Positions 27,401 through 41,800 of a DNA stretch of 64,000 bases are shown here, piece after piece; position 1 is the stretch's first letter; every line of letters begins with the position of its first letter. The translations under genes were made by a program, and so were the position numbers. This DNA is from Auanema rhodensis (Eukaryota; Animalia; Nematoda), in NCBI GenBank assembly GCA_964057225.1, contig OZ059900.1, positions 24,800,001 through 24,864,000 of the forward strand, written 5' to 3'. Below the pieces are notes generated by a model that made no database searches, was not told the origin of the DNA, and worked only from the letters and a program-made list of their open reading frames with translations.

Positions 27401-30400
27401 ATATGAACAAAAATCGATTTAATCAATATTAGCCATAAGGGGCGTGCCCTCAGAATATGCTAATTTCCTTAATTTTCTAACCCCTGTTTTTTTGTCGTGA
27501 AAGTGGAACTAGACGTTGTACGAACAATTTTGAGCTAGGTTTCATTGACATTGCATGAGTTTGAACACATGAAATCGTAAGTCAAAACCTTGTTTACAGC
27601 GAAATTTCCAAAAACTGGTTTTCCAGCATAATAAAATATTTCTCTTGGGAAATACTGTGTTTTTGTATTTTTTTAGTGTTCAGCATGTAAAATGCTTCAT
27701 TTTAGTATGTAACACGCTGAAATTCGTTGCATTTGACGACTCATATGAACAAAAATCGATTTAATTAATATTAGCCATAAGGGGCGTGCCCTCAGAATAT
27801 GCTAATTTCCTTAATTTTCTAACCCCTGTTTTTTTGTCGTGAAAGTGGAACTAGACGTTGTACGAACAATTTTGAGCTAGGTTTCATTGACATTGCATGA
27901 GTTTGAACACATGAAATCGTAAGTCAAAACCTTGTTTACAGCGAAATTTCCAAAAACTGGTTTTCCAGCATAATAAAATATTTCTCATGGGAAATACTGT
28001 GTTTTTGTATTTTTCTAGTGTTCAGCATGTAAAATACTTCATTTAAGTATGTAACACGCTAAAATTCGTTGCATTTGACGACTCATATGAACAAAAATCG
28101 ATTTAATCAATATTAGCCATAAGGAGCGTGCCCTCAGAATATGCTAATTTCCTTAATTTTCTAACCCCTGTTTTTTGTCGTGAAAGTGGAACTAGACGTT
28201 GTACAAACAATTTTGAGCTAGGTTTCATTGACATTGCATGAGTTTGAACACATGAAATCGTAAGTCAAAACCTTGTTTACAGCGAAATTTCCAAAAACTG
28301 GTTTTCCAGCATAATAAAATATTTCTCATGAGAAATACTGTGTTTTTGTATTTTTCTAGTGTTCAGCATGTAAAATACTTCATTTTAGTATGTAACACGC
28401 TGAAATTCGTTGCATTTGACGACTCATATGAACAAAAATCGATTTAATCAATATTAGCCATAAGGGGCGTGCCCTCAGAATATGCTAATTTCCTAAATTT
28501 TCTAACCCCTGTTTTTTTGTCGTGAAAGTGGAACTAGACGTTGTACGAACAATTTTGAGCTAGGTTTCATTGACATTGCAAGAGTTTGAACACATGAAAT
28601 CGTAAGTCAAAACCTTGTTTACAGCGAAATTTCCAAAAACTGGTTTTCCAGCATAATAAAATATTTCTCATGGGAAAAACTGTGTTTTTGTATTTTTTTA
28701 GTGTTCAGCATGTAAAATGCTTCATTTTAGTATGTAACACGCTGAACTTCGTTGCATTTGACGACTCATATGAACAAAAATCGATTTAATCAATATTAGC
28801 CATAAGGGGCGTGCCCTCAGAATATGCTAATTTCCTTAATATTCTAACCCCTGTTTTTTTGTCGTGAAAGTGGAACTAGACGTTGTACAAACAATTTTGA
28901 GCTAGGTTTCATTGACATTGCATGAGTTTGAACATATGAAATCGTAAGTCAAAACCTTGTTTACAGCGAAATTTCCAAAAACTGGTTTTCCAGCATAATA
29001 AAATATTTCTCATGGGAAATACTGTGTTTTTGTATTTTTTTAGTGTTCAGCATGTAAAATGCTTCATTTTAGTATGTAACACGCTGAAATTCGTTGCATT
29101 TGACGACTCATATGAACAAAAATCGATTTAATCAATATTAGCCATAAGGGGCGTGCCCTCAGAATATGCTAATTTCCTTAATTTTCTAACCCCTGTTTTT
29201 TGTCGTGAAAGTGGAACTAGACGTTGTAGGAACAATTTTGAGCTAGGTTTCATTGACATTGCATGAGTTTGAACACATGAAATCGTAAGTCAAAACCTTG
29301 TTTACAGCGAAATTTCCAAAAACTGGTTTTCCAGCATAATAAAATATTTCTCTTGGGAAATACTGTGTTTTTGTATTTTTCTAGTGTTCAGCATGTAAAA
29401 TACTTCATTTAAGTATGTAACACGCTGAAATTCGTTGCATTTGACGACTCATATGAACAAAAATCGATTTAATCAATATTAGCCATAAGGGGCGTGCCCT
29501 CAGAATATGCTAATTCCCTTAATTTTCTAACCCCTGTTTTTTTGTCGTGGAAGTGGAACTAGACGTTGTACGAACAATTTTGAGCTAGGTTTCATTGACA
29601 TTGCATGAGTTTGAACACATGAAATCGTAAGTCAAAACCTTGTTTAGAGCGAAATTTCCAAAAACTGGTTTTCCAGCATAATAAAATATTTCTCTTGGGA
29701 AATACTGTGTTTTTGTATTTTTTTAGTGTTCAGCATGTAAAATGCTTCATTTTAGTATGTAACACGCTGAAATTCGTTGCATTTGACGACTCATATGAAC
29801 AAAAATCGATTTAATCAATATTAGCCATAAGGGGCGTGCCCTCAGAATATGCTAATTTCCTTAATTTTCTAACCCCTGTTTTTTGTCGTGAAAGTGGAAC
29901 TAGACGTTGTAGGAACAATTTTGAGCTAGGTTTCATTGACATTGCATGAGTTTGAACACATGAAATCGTAAGTCAAAACCTTGTTTACAGCGAAATTTCC
30001 AAAAACTGGTTTTCCAGCATAATAAAATATTTCTCTTGGGAAATACTGTGTTTTTGTATTTTTCTAGTGTTCAGCATGTAAAATACTTCATTTAAGTATG
30101 TAACACGCTGAAATTCGTTGCATTTGACGACTCATATGAACAAAAATCGATTTAATCAATATTAGCCATAAGGGGCGTGCCCTCAGAATATGCTAATTCC
30201 CTTAATTTTCTAACCCCTGTTTTTTTGTCGTGGAAGTGGAACTAGACGTTGTACGAACAATTTTGAGCTAGGTTTCATTGACATTGCATGAGTTTGAACA
30301 CATGAAATCGTAAGTCAAAACCTTGTTTAGAGCGAAATTTCCAAAAACTGGTTTTCCAGCATAATAAAATATTTCTCATGGGAAATACTGTGTTTTTGTA

Positions 30401-33400
30401 TTTTTCTAGTGTTCAGCATGTAAAATGATCCATTTTAGTATGTAACACGCTGAAATTCGTTGCATTTGACGACTCATATGAACAAAAATCGATTAAATCA
30501 ATATTAGCCATAAGGGGCGTGCCCTCAGAATATGCTAATTTCCTTAATTTTCTAACCCCTGTTTTTTTGTCGTGAAAGTGGAACTAGACGTTGTACGAAC
30601 AATTTTGAGCTAGGTTTCATTGACATTGCATGAGTTTGAACACATGAAATCGTAAGTCAAAACCTTGTTTACAGCGAAATTTCCAAAAACTGGTTTTCCA
30701 GCATAATAAAATATTTCTCTTGGGAAATACTGTGTTTTTGTATTTTTCTAGTGTTCAGCATGTAAAATACTTCATTTAAGTATGTAACACGCTGAAATTC
30801 GTTGCATTTGACGACTCATATGAACAAAAATCGATTTAATCAATATTAGCCATAAGGGGCGTGCCCTCAGAATATGCTAATTCCCTTAATTTTCTAACCC
30901 CTGTTTTTTTGTCGTGGAAGTGGAACTAGACGTTGTACGAACAATTTTGAGCTAGGTTTCATTGACATTGCATGAGTTTGAACACATGAAATCGTAAGTC
31001 AAAACCTTGTTTACAGCGAAATTTCCAAAAACTGGTTTTCCAGCATAATAAAATATTTCTCATGGGAAATACTGTGTTTTTGTATTTTTCTAGTGTTCAG
31101 CATGTAAAATGATCCATTTTAGTATGTAACACGCTGAAATTCGTTGCATTTGACGACTCATATGAACAAAAATCGATTTAATCAATATTAGCCATAAGGG
31201 GCGTGCCCTCAGAATATGCTAATTTCCTTAATTTTCTAACCCCTGTTTTTTTGTCGTGAAAGTGGAACTAGACGTTGTACGAACAATTTTGAGCTAGGTT
31301 TCATTGACATTGCATGAGTTTGAACACATGAAATCGTAAGTCAAAACCTTGTTTACAGCGAAATTTCCAAAAACTGGTTTTCCAGCATAATAAAATATTT
31401 CTCATGGGAAAAACTGTGTTTTTGTATTTTTTTAGTGTTCAGCATGTAAAATGCTTCATTTTAGTATGTAACACGCTGAAATTCGTTGCATTTGACGACT
31501 CATATGAACAAAAATCGATTTAATCAATATTAGCCATAAGGGGCGTGCCCTCAGAATATGCTAATTTCCTTAATTTTCTAACCCCTGTTTTTTTGTCGTG
31601 AAAGTGGAACTAGACGTTGTACGAACAATTTTGAGCTAGGTTTCATTGACATTGCATGAGTTTGAACACATGAAATCGTAAGTCAAAACCTTGTTTACAG
31701 CGAAATTTCCAAAAACTGGTTTTCCAGCATAATAAAATATTTCTCTTGGGAAATACTGTGTTTTTGTATTTTTTTAGTGTTCAGCATGTAAAATGCTTCA
31801 TTTTAGTATGTAACACGCTGAAATTCGTTGCATTTGACGACTCATATGAACAAAAATCGATTTAATTAATATTAGCCATAAGGGGCGTGCCCTCAGAATA
31901 TGCTAATTTCCTTAATTTTCTAACCCCTGTTTTTTTGTCGTGAAAGTGGAACTAGACGTTGTACGAACAATTTTGAGCTAGGTTTCATTGACATTGCATG
32001 AGTTTGAACACATGAAATCGTAAGTCAAAACCTTGTTTACAGCGAAATTTCCAAAAACTGGTTTTCCAGCATAATAAAATATTTCTCATGGGAAATACTG
32101 TGTTTTTGTATTTTTCTAGTGTTCAGCATGTAAAATACTTCATTTAAGTATGTAACACGCTAAAATTCGTTGCATTTGACGACTCATATGAACAAAAATC
32201 GATTTAATCAATATTAGCCATAAGGAGCGTGCCCTCAGAATATGCTAATTTCCTTAATTTTCTAACCCCTGTTTTTTTGTCGTGAAAGTGGAACTAGACG
32301 TTGTACAAACAATTTTGAGCTAGGTTTCATTGACATTGCATGAGTTTGAACACATGAAATCGTAAGTCAAAACCTTGTTTACAGCGAAATTTCCAAAAAC
32401 TGGTTTTCCAGCATAATAAAATATTTCTCATGAGAAATACTGTGTTTTTGTATTTTTCTAGTGTTCAGCATGTAAAATGATCCATTTTAGTATGTAACAC
32501 GCTGAAATTCGTTGCATTTGACGACTCATATGAACAAAAATCGATTAAATCAATATTAGCCATAAGGGGCGTGCCCTCAGAATATGCTAATTTCCTAAAT
32601 TTTCTAACCCCTGTTTTTTTGTCGTGAAAGTGGAACTAGACGTTGTACGAACAATTTTGAGCTAGGTTTCATTGACATTGCATGAGTTTGAACACATGAA
32701 ATCGTAAGTCAAAACCTTGTTTACAGCGAAATTTCCAAAAACTGGTTTTCCAGCATAATAAAATATTTCTCTTGGGAAATACTGTGTTTTTGTATTTTTC
32801 TAGTGTTCAGCATGTAAAATACTTCATTTAAGTATGTAACACGCTGAAATTCGTTGCATTTGACGACTCATATGAACAAAAATCGATTTAATCAATATTA
32901 GCCATAAGGGGCGTGCCCTCAGAATATGCTAATTCCCTTAATTTTCTAACCCCTGTTTTTTTGTCGTGGAAGTGGAACTAGACGTTGTACGAACAATTTT
33001 GAGCTAGGTTTCATTGACATTGCATGAGTTTGAACACATGAAATCGTAAGTCAAAACCTTGTTTAGAGCGAAATTTCCAAAAACTGGTTTTCCAGCATAA
33101 TAAAATATTTCTCATGGGAAATACTGTGTTTTTGTATTTTTCTAGTGTTCAGCATGTAAAATGATCCATTTTAGTATGTAACACGCTGAAATTCGTTGCA
33201 TTTGACGACTCATATGAACAAAAATCGATTAAATCAATATTAGCCATAAGGGGCGTGCCCTCAGAATATGCTAATTTCCTTAATTTTCTAACCCCTGTTT
33301 TTTTGTCGTGAAAGTGGAACTAGACGTTGTACGAACAATTTTGAGCTAGGTTTCATTGACATTGCATGAGTTTGAACACATGAAATCGTAAGTCAAAACC

Positions 33401-35845
33401 TTGTTTACAGCGAAATTTCCAAAAACTGGTTTTCCAGCATAATAAAATATTTCTCATGGGAAATACTGTGTTTTTGTATTTCTCTAGTGTTCAGCATGTA
33501 AAATGGTTCATTTTAGTGTATGTAACACGCTGAAATTCGTTGCATTTGACGACTCATATGAACAAAAATCGATTTAATCAATATTAGCCATAAGGGGCGT
33601 GCCCTCAGAATATGCTAATTTCCTTAATTTTCTAACCCCTGTTTTTTTGTCGTGAAAGTGGAACTAGACGTTGTACGAACAATTTTGAGCTAGGTTTCAT
33701 TGACATTGCATGAGTTTGAACACATGAAATCGTAAGTCAAAACCTTGTTTACAGCGAAATTTCCAAAAACTGGTTTTCCAGCATAATAAAATATTTCTCT
33801 TGGGAAATACTGTGTTTTTGTATTTTTTTAGTGTTCAGCATGTAAAATGCTTCATTTTAGTATGTAACACGCTGAAATTCGTTGCATTTGACGACTCATA
33901 TGAACAAAAATCGATTTAATTAATATTAGCCATAAGGGGCGTGCCCTCAGAATATGCTAATTTCCTTAATTTTCTAACCCCTGTTTTTTTGTCGTGAAAG
34001 TGGAACTAGACGTTGTACGAACAATTTTGAGCTAGGTTTCATTGACATTGCATGAGTTTGAACACATGAAATCGTAAGTCAAAACCTTGTTTACAGCGAA
34101 ATTTCCAAAAACTGGTTTTCCAGCATAATAAAATATTTCTCATGGGAAATACTGTGTTTTTGTATTTTTCTAGTGTTCAGCATGTAAAATACTTCATTTA
34201 AGTATGTAACACGCTAAAATTCGTTGCATTTGACGACTCATATGAACAAAAATCGATTTAATCAATATTAGCCATAAGGAGCGTGCCCTCAGAATATGCT
34301 AATTTCCTTAATTTTCTAACCCCTGTTTTTTGTCGTGAAAGTGGAACTAGACGTTGTACAAACAATTTTGAGCTAGGTTTCATTGACATTGCATGAGTTT
34401 GAACACATGAAATCGTAAGTCAAAACCTTGTTTACAGCGAAATTTCCAAAAACTGGTTTTCCAGCATAATAAAATATTTCTCATGAGAAATACTGTGTTT
34501 TTGTATTTTTCTAGTGTTCAGCATGTAAAATACTTCATTTTAGTATGTAACACGCTGAAATTCGTTGCATTTGACGACTCATATGAACAAAAATCGATTT
34601 AATCAATATTAGCCATAAGGGGCGTGCCCTCAGAATATGCTAATTTCCTAAATTTTCTAACCCCTGTTTTTTTGTCGTGAAAGTGGAACTAGACGTTGTA
34701 CGAACAATTTTGAGCTAGGTTTCATTGACATTGCAAGAGTTTGAACACATGAAATCGTAAGTCAAAACCTTGTTTACAGCGAAATTTCCAAAAACTGGTT
34801 TTCCAGCATAATAAAATATTTCTCATGGGAAAAACTGTGTTTTTGTATTTTTTTAGTGTTCAGCATGTAAAATGCTTCATTTTAGTATGTAACACGCTGA
34901 AATTCGTTGCATTTGACGACTCATATGAACAAAAATCGATTTAATCAATATTAGCCATAAGGGGCGTGCCCTCAGAATATGCTAATTTCCTTAATATTCT
35001 AACCCCTGTTTTTTTGTCGTGAAAGTGGAACTAGACGTTGTACAAACAATTTTGAGCTAGGTTTCATTGACATTGCATGAGTTTGAACATATGAAATCGT
35101 AAGTCAAAACCTTGTTTACAGCGAAATTTCCAAAAACTGGTTTTCCAGCATAATAAAATATTTCTCATGGGAAATACTGTGTTTTTGTATTTTTTTAGTG
35201 TTCAGCATGTAAAATGCTTCATTTTAGTATGTAACACGCTGAAATTCGTTGCATTTGACGACTCATATGAACAAAAATCGATTTAATCAATATTAGCCAT
35301 AAGGGGCGTGCCCTCAGAATATGCTAATTTCCTTAATTTTCTAACCCCTGTTTTTTGTCGTGAAAGTGGAACTAGACGTTGTAGGAACAATTTTGAGCTA
35401 GGTTTCATTGACATTGCATGAGTTTGAACACATGAAATCGTAAGTCAAAACCTTGTTTACAGCGAAATTTCCAAAAACTGGTTTTCCAGCATAATAAAAT
35501 ATTTCTCTTGGGAAATACTGTGTTTTTGTATTTTTCTAGTGTTCAGCATGTAAAATACTTCATTTAAGTATGTAACACGCTGAAATTCGTTGCATTTGAC
35601 GACTCATATGAACAAAAATCGATTTAATCAATATTAGCCATAAGGGGCGTGCCCTCAGAATATGCTAATTCCCTTAATTTTCTAACCCCTGTTTTTTTGT
35701 CGTGGAAGTGGAACTAGACGTTGTACGAACAATTTTGAGCTAGGTTTCATTGACATTGCATGAGTTTGAACACATGAAATCGTAAGTCAAAACCTTGTTT
35801 AGAGCGAAATTTCCAAAAACTGGTTTTCCAGCATAATAAAATATT
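23545..35845. repeat. Tandem higher-order duplication, 2 x ~6155 bp (18 monomers)
   Basis: Rare variants recur at a constant 6155 offset: CACGCTAAAA at 26001/32156 and 28055/34210, and the TTTCTCTAG + GGTTC..AGTGTATG monomer (ATGGG anchor at 27301/33456). Confidence 0.85.
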
Positions 35846-38800
35846 TCTCATGGGAAATACTGTGTTTTTGTATTTTTCTAGTGTTCAGCATGTAAAATGA
35901 TCCATTTTAGTATGTAACACGCTGAAATTCGTTGCATTTGACGACTCATATGAACAAAAATCGATTAAATCAATATTAGCCATAAGGGGCGTGCCCTCAG
36001 AATATGCTAATTTCCTTAATTTTCTAACCCCTGTTTTTTTGTCGTGAAAGTGGAACTAGACGTTGTACGAACAATTTTGAGCTAGGTTTCATTGACATTG
36101 CATGAGTTTGAACACATGAAATCGTAAGTCAAAACCTTGTTTACAGCGAAATTTCCAAAAACTGGTTTTCCAGCATAATAAAATATTTCTCATGGGAAAT
36201 ACTGTGTTTTTGTATTTCTCTAGTGTTCAGCATGTAAAATGGTTCATTTTAGTGTATGTAACACGCTGAAATTCGTTGCATTTGACGACTCATATGAACA
36301 AAAATCGATTTAATCAATATTAGCCATAAGGGGCGTGCCCTCAGAATATGCTAATTTCCTTAATTTTCTAACCCCTGTTTTTTTGTCGTGAAAGTGGAAC
36401 TAGACGTTGTACGAACAATTTTGAGCTAGGTTTCATTGACATTGCATGAGTTTGAACACATGAAATCGTAAGTCAAAACCTTGTTTACAGCGAAATTTCC
36501 AAAAACTGGTTTTCCAGCATAATAAAATATTTCTCTTGGGAAATACTGTGTTTTTGTATTTTTCTAGTGTTCAGCATGTAAAATACTTCATTTAAGTATG
36601 TAACACGCTGAAATTCGTTGCATTTGACGACTCATATGAACAAAAATCGATTTAATCAATATTAGCCATAAGGGGCGTGCCCTCAGAATATGCTAATTTC
36701 CTAAATTTTCTAACCCCTGTTTTTTTGTCGTGAAAGTGGAACTAGACGTTGTACGAACAATTTTGAGCTAGGTTTCATTGACATTGCATGAGTTTGAACA
36801 CATGAAATCGTATATCAAACCTTGTTTACAGCGAAATTTCCAAAAACTGGTTTTCCAGCATAATAAAATATTTCTCATGGGAAATACTGTGTTTTTGTAT
36901 TTTTCTAGTGTTCAGCATGTAAAATGCTTCATTTTAGTATGTAACACGCTGAAATTCGTTGCATTTGACTACTCATATGAACAAAAATCGATTTAATCAA
37001 TATTAGCCATAAGGGGCGTGCCCTCAGAATATGCTAATTTCCTTAATTTTCTAACCCCTGTTTTTTTGTCGTGAAAGTGGAACTAGACGTTGTACAAACA
37101 ATTTTGAGCTAGGTTTCATTGACATTGCATGAGTTTGAACACATGAAATCGTAAGTCAAAACCTTGTTTACAGCGAAATTTCCAAAAACTGGTTTTCCAG
37201 CATAATAAAATATTTCTCATGAGAAATACTGTGTTTTTGTATTTTTCTAGTGTTCAGCATGTAAAATACTTCATTTTAGTATGTAACACGCTGAAATTCG
37301 TTGCATTTGACGACTCATATGAACAAAAATCGATTTAATCAATATTAGCCATAAGGGGCGTGCCCTCAGAATATGCTAATTTCCTAAATTTTCTAACCCC
37401 TGTTTTTTTGTCGTGAAAGTGGAACTAGACGTTGTACGAACAATTTTGAGCTAGGTTTCATTGACATTGCAAGAGTTTGAACACATGAAATCGTAAGTCA
37501 AAACCTTGTTTACAGCGAAATTTCCAAAAACTGGTTTTCCAGCATAATAAAATATTTCTCATGGGAAAAACTGTGTTTTTGTATTTTTTTAGTGTTCAGC
37601 ATGTAAAATGCTTCATTTTAGTATGTAACACGCTGAAATTCGTTGCATTTGACGACTCATATGAACAAAAATCGATTTAATCAATATTAGCCATAAGGGG
37701 CGTGCCCTCAGAATATGCTAATTTCCTTAATATTCTAACCCCTGTTTTTTTGTCGTGAAAGTGGAACTAGACGTTGTACAAACAATTTTGAGCTAGGTTT
37801 CATTGACATTGCATGAGTTTGAACATATGAAATCGTAAGTCAAAACCTTGTTTACAGCGAAATTTCCAAAAACTGGTTTTCCAGCATAATAAAATATTTC
37901 TCATGGGAAATACTGTGTTTTTGTATTTTTTTAGTGTTCAGCATGTAAAATGCTTCATTTTAGTATGTAACACGCTGAAATTCGTTGCATTTGACGACTC
38001 ATATGAACAAAAATCGATTTAATCAATATTAGCCATAAGGGGCGTGCCCTCAGAATATGCTAATTTCCTTAATTTTCTAACCCCTGTTTTTTGTCGTGAA
38101 AGTGGAACTAGACGTTGTAGGAACAATTTTGAGCTAGGTTTCATTGACATTGCATGAGTTTGAACACATGAAATCGTAAGTCAAAACCTTGTTTACAGCG
38201 AAATTTCCAAAAACTGGTTTTCCAGCATAATAAAATATTTCTCTTGGGAAATACTGTGTTTTTGTATTTTTCTAGTGTTCAGCATGTAAAATACTTCATT
38301 TAAGTATGTAACACGCTGAAATTCGTTGCATTTGACGACTCATATGAACAAAAATCGATTTAATCAATATTAGCCATAAGGGGCGTGCCCTCAGAATATG
38401 CTAATTCCCTTAATTTTCTAACCCCTGTTTTTTTGTCGTGGAAGTGGAACTAGACGTTGTACGAACATTTTTGAGCTAGGTTTCATTGACATTGCATGAG
38501 TTTGAACACATGAAATCGTAAGTCAAAACCTTATTTACAGCGAAATTTCCAAAAACTGGTTTTCCAGCATAATAAAATATTTCTCATGGGAAATACTTTG
38601 TTTTTGTATTTTTCTAGTGTTCAGCATGTAAAATGCTTCATTTTAGTATGTAACACGCTGAAATTCGTTGCATTTGACGACTCATATGAACAAAAATCGA
38701 TTTAATCAATATTAGCCATAAGGGGCGTGCCCTCAGAATAAGCTAATTTCCTTAATTTTCTAACCCCTGTTTTTTGTCGTGAAAGTGGAACTAGACGTTG

Positions 38801-41800
38801 TACGAACAATTTTGAGCTAGGTTTCATTGACATTGCATGAGTTTGAACACATGAAATCGTAAGTCAAAACCTTGTTTACAGCGAAATTTCCAAAAACTGG
38901 TTTTCCAGCATAATAAAATATTTCTCATGGGAAATACTGTGTTTTTGTATTTTTCTAGTGTTCAGCATGTAAAATGCTTCATTTTAGTATGTAACACGCT
39001 GAAATTCGTTGCATTTGACGACTCATATGAACAAAAATCGATTTAATCAATATTAGCCATAAGGGGCGTGCCCTCAGAATATGCTAATTTCCTTAATTTT
39101 CTAACCCCTGTTTTTTGTCGTGAAAGTGGAACTAGACGTTGTACAAACAATTTTGAGCTAGGTTTTATTGACATTGCATGAGTTTGAACACATGAAATCG
39201 TAAGTCAAAACCTTGTTTAGAGCGAAATTTCCAAAAACTGGTTTTCCAGCATAATAAAATATTTCTCATGGGAAATACTGTGTTTTTGTATTTTTCTAGT
39301 GTTCAGCATGTAAAATGATTCATTTTAGTATGTAACACGCTGAAATTCGTTGCATTTGACGACTCATATGAACAAAAATCGATTTAATCAATATTAGCCA
39401 TAAGGGGCGTGCCCTCAGAATATGCTAATTTCCTTAATTTTCTAACCCCTGTTTTTTTGTCGTGAAAGTGGAACTAGACGTTGTACGAACAATTTTGAGC
39501 TAGGTTTCATTGACATTGCATGAGTTTGAACACATGAAATCGTAAGTCAAAACCTTGTTTACAGCGAAATTTCCAAAAACTGGTTTTCCAGCATAATAAA
39601 ATATTTCTCATGGGAAATACTGTGTTTTTGTATTTTTCTAGTGTTCAGCATGTAAAATGGTTCATTTTAGTGTATGTAACACGCTGAAATTCGTTGCATT
39701 TGACGACTTATATGAACAAAAATCGATTTAATCAATATTAGCCATAAGGGGCGTGCCCTCAGAATATGCTAATTTCCTTAATTTTCTAACCCCTGTTTTT
39801 TTGTCGTGAAAGTGGAACTAGACGTTGTACGAACAATTTTGAGCTAGGTTTCATTGACATTGCATGAGTTTGAACACATGAAATCGTAAGTCAAAACCTT
39901 GTTTACAGCGAAATTTCCAAAAACTGGTTTTCCAGCATAATAAAATATTTCTCTTGGGAAATACTGTGTTTTTGTATTTTTCTAGTGTTCAGCATGTAAA
40001 ATACTTCATTTAAGTATGTAACACGCTGAAATTCGTTGCATTTGACGACTCATATGAACAAAAATCGATTTAATCAATATTAGCCATAAGGGGCGTGCCC
40101 TCAGAATATGCTAATTTCCTAAATTTTCTAACCCCTGTTTTTTTGTCGTGAAAGTGGAACTAGACGTTGTACGAACAATTTTGAGCTAGGTTTCATTGAC
40201 ATTGCATGAGTTTGAACACATGAAATCGTATATCAAACCTTGTTTACAGCGAAATTTCCAAAAACTGGTTTTCCAGCATAATAAAATATTTCTCATGGGA
40301 AATACTGTGTTTTTGTATTTTTCTAGTGTTCAGCATGTAAAATGCTTCATTTTAGTATGTAACACGCTGAAATTCGTTGCATTTGACTACTCATATGAAC
40401 AAAAATCGATTTAATCAATATTAGCCATAAGGGGCGTGCCCTCAGAATATGCTAATTTCCTTAATTTTCTAACCCCTGTTTTTTTGTCGTGAAAGTGGAA
40501 CTAGACGTTGTACAAACAATTTTGAGCTAGGTTTCATTGACATTGCATGAGTTTGAACACATGAAATCGTAAGTCAAAACCTTGTTTACAGCGAAATTTC
40601 CAAAAACTGGTTTTCCAGCATAATAAAATATTTCTCATGAGAAATACTGTGTTTTTGTATTTTTCTAGTGTTCAGCATGTAAAATGCTTCATTTTAGTAT
40701 GTAACACGCTGAAATTCGTTGCATTTGACGACTCATATGAACAAAAATCGATTTAATCAATATTAGCTATAAGGGGCGTGCCCTCAGAATATGCTAATTT
40801 CCTTAATTTTCTAACCCCTGTTTTTTTGTCGTGAAAGTGGAACTAGACGTTGTACAAACAATTTTGAGCTAGGTTTCATTGACATTGCATGAGTTTGAAC
40901 ACATGAAATCGTAAGTCAAAACCTTGTTTACAGCGAAATTTCCAAAAACTGGTTTTCCAGCATAATAAAATATTTCTCATGAGAAGAACTGTGTTTTTGT
41001 ATTTTTCTAGTGTTCAGCATGTAAAATGCCTCATTTTAGTATGTAACACGCTGAAATTCGTTGCATTTGACGACTCATATGAACAAAAATCGATTTAATC
41101 AATATTAGCCATAAGGGGCGTGCCCTCAGAATATGCTAATTTCCTTAATTTTCTAACACCCTGTTTTTTTGTCGTGAAAGAGGAACTGGACGTTGTACAA
41201 ACAATTTTGAGCTAGGTTTCATTGACATTGCATGAGTTTGAACACATGAAATCGTAAGTCAAAACCTTGTTTACAGCGAAATTTCCAAAAACTGGTTTTC
41301 CAGCATAATAAAATATTTCTCATGAGAAATACTGTGTTTTTGTATTTTTCTAGTGTTCAGCATGTAAAATGCTTCATTTTAGTATGTAACACGCTGAAAT
41401 TCGTGGCATTTGACGACTCATATGAACAAAAATCGATTTAATCAATATTAGCCATAAGGAGCGTGCCCTCAGAATATGCTAATTTCCTTAATTTTCTAAC
41501 CCCTGTTTTTTTGTCGTGAAAGTGGAACTAGACGTTGTACAAACAATTTTGAGCTAGGTTTCATTGACATTGCATGAGTTTGAACACATGAAATCGTAAG
41601 TCAAAACCTTGTTTACAGCGAAATTTCCAAAAACTGGTTTTCCAGCATAATAAAATATTTCTCATGGGAAATACTGTGTTTTTGTATTTTTCTAGTGTTC
41701 AGCATGTAAAATACTTCATTTAAGTATGTAACACGCTGAAATTCGTTGCATTTGACGACTCATATGAACAGAAATCGATTTAATCAATATTAGCCATAAG

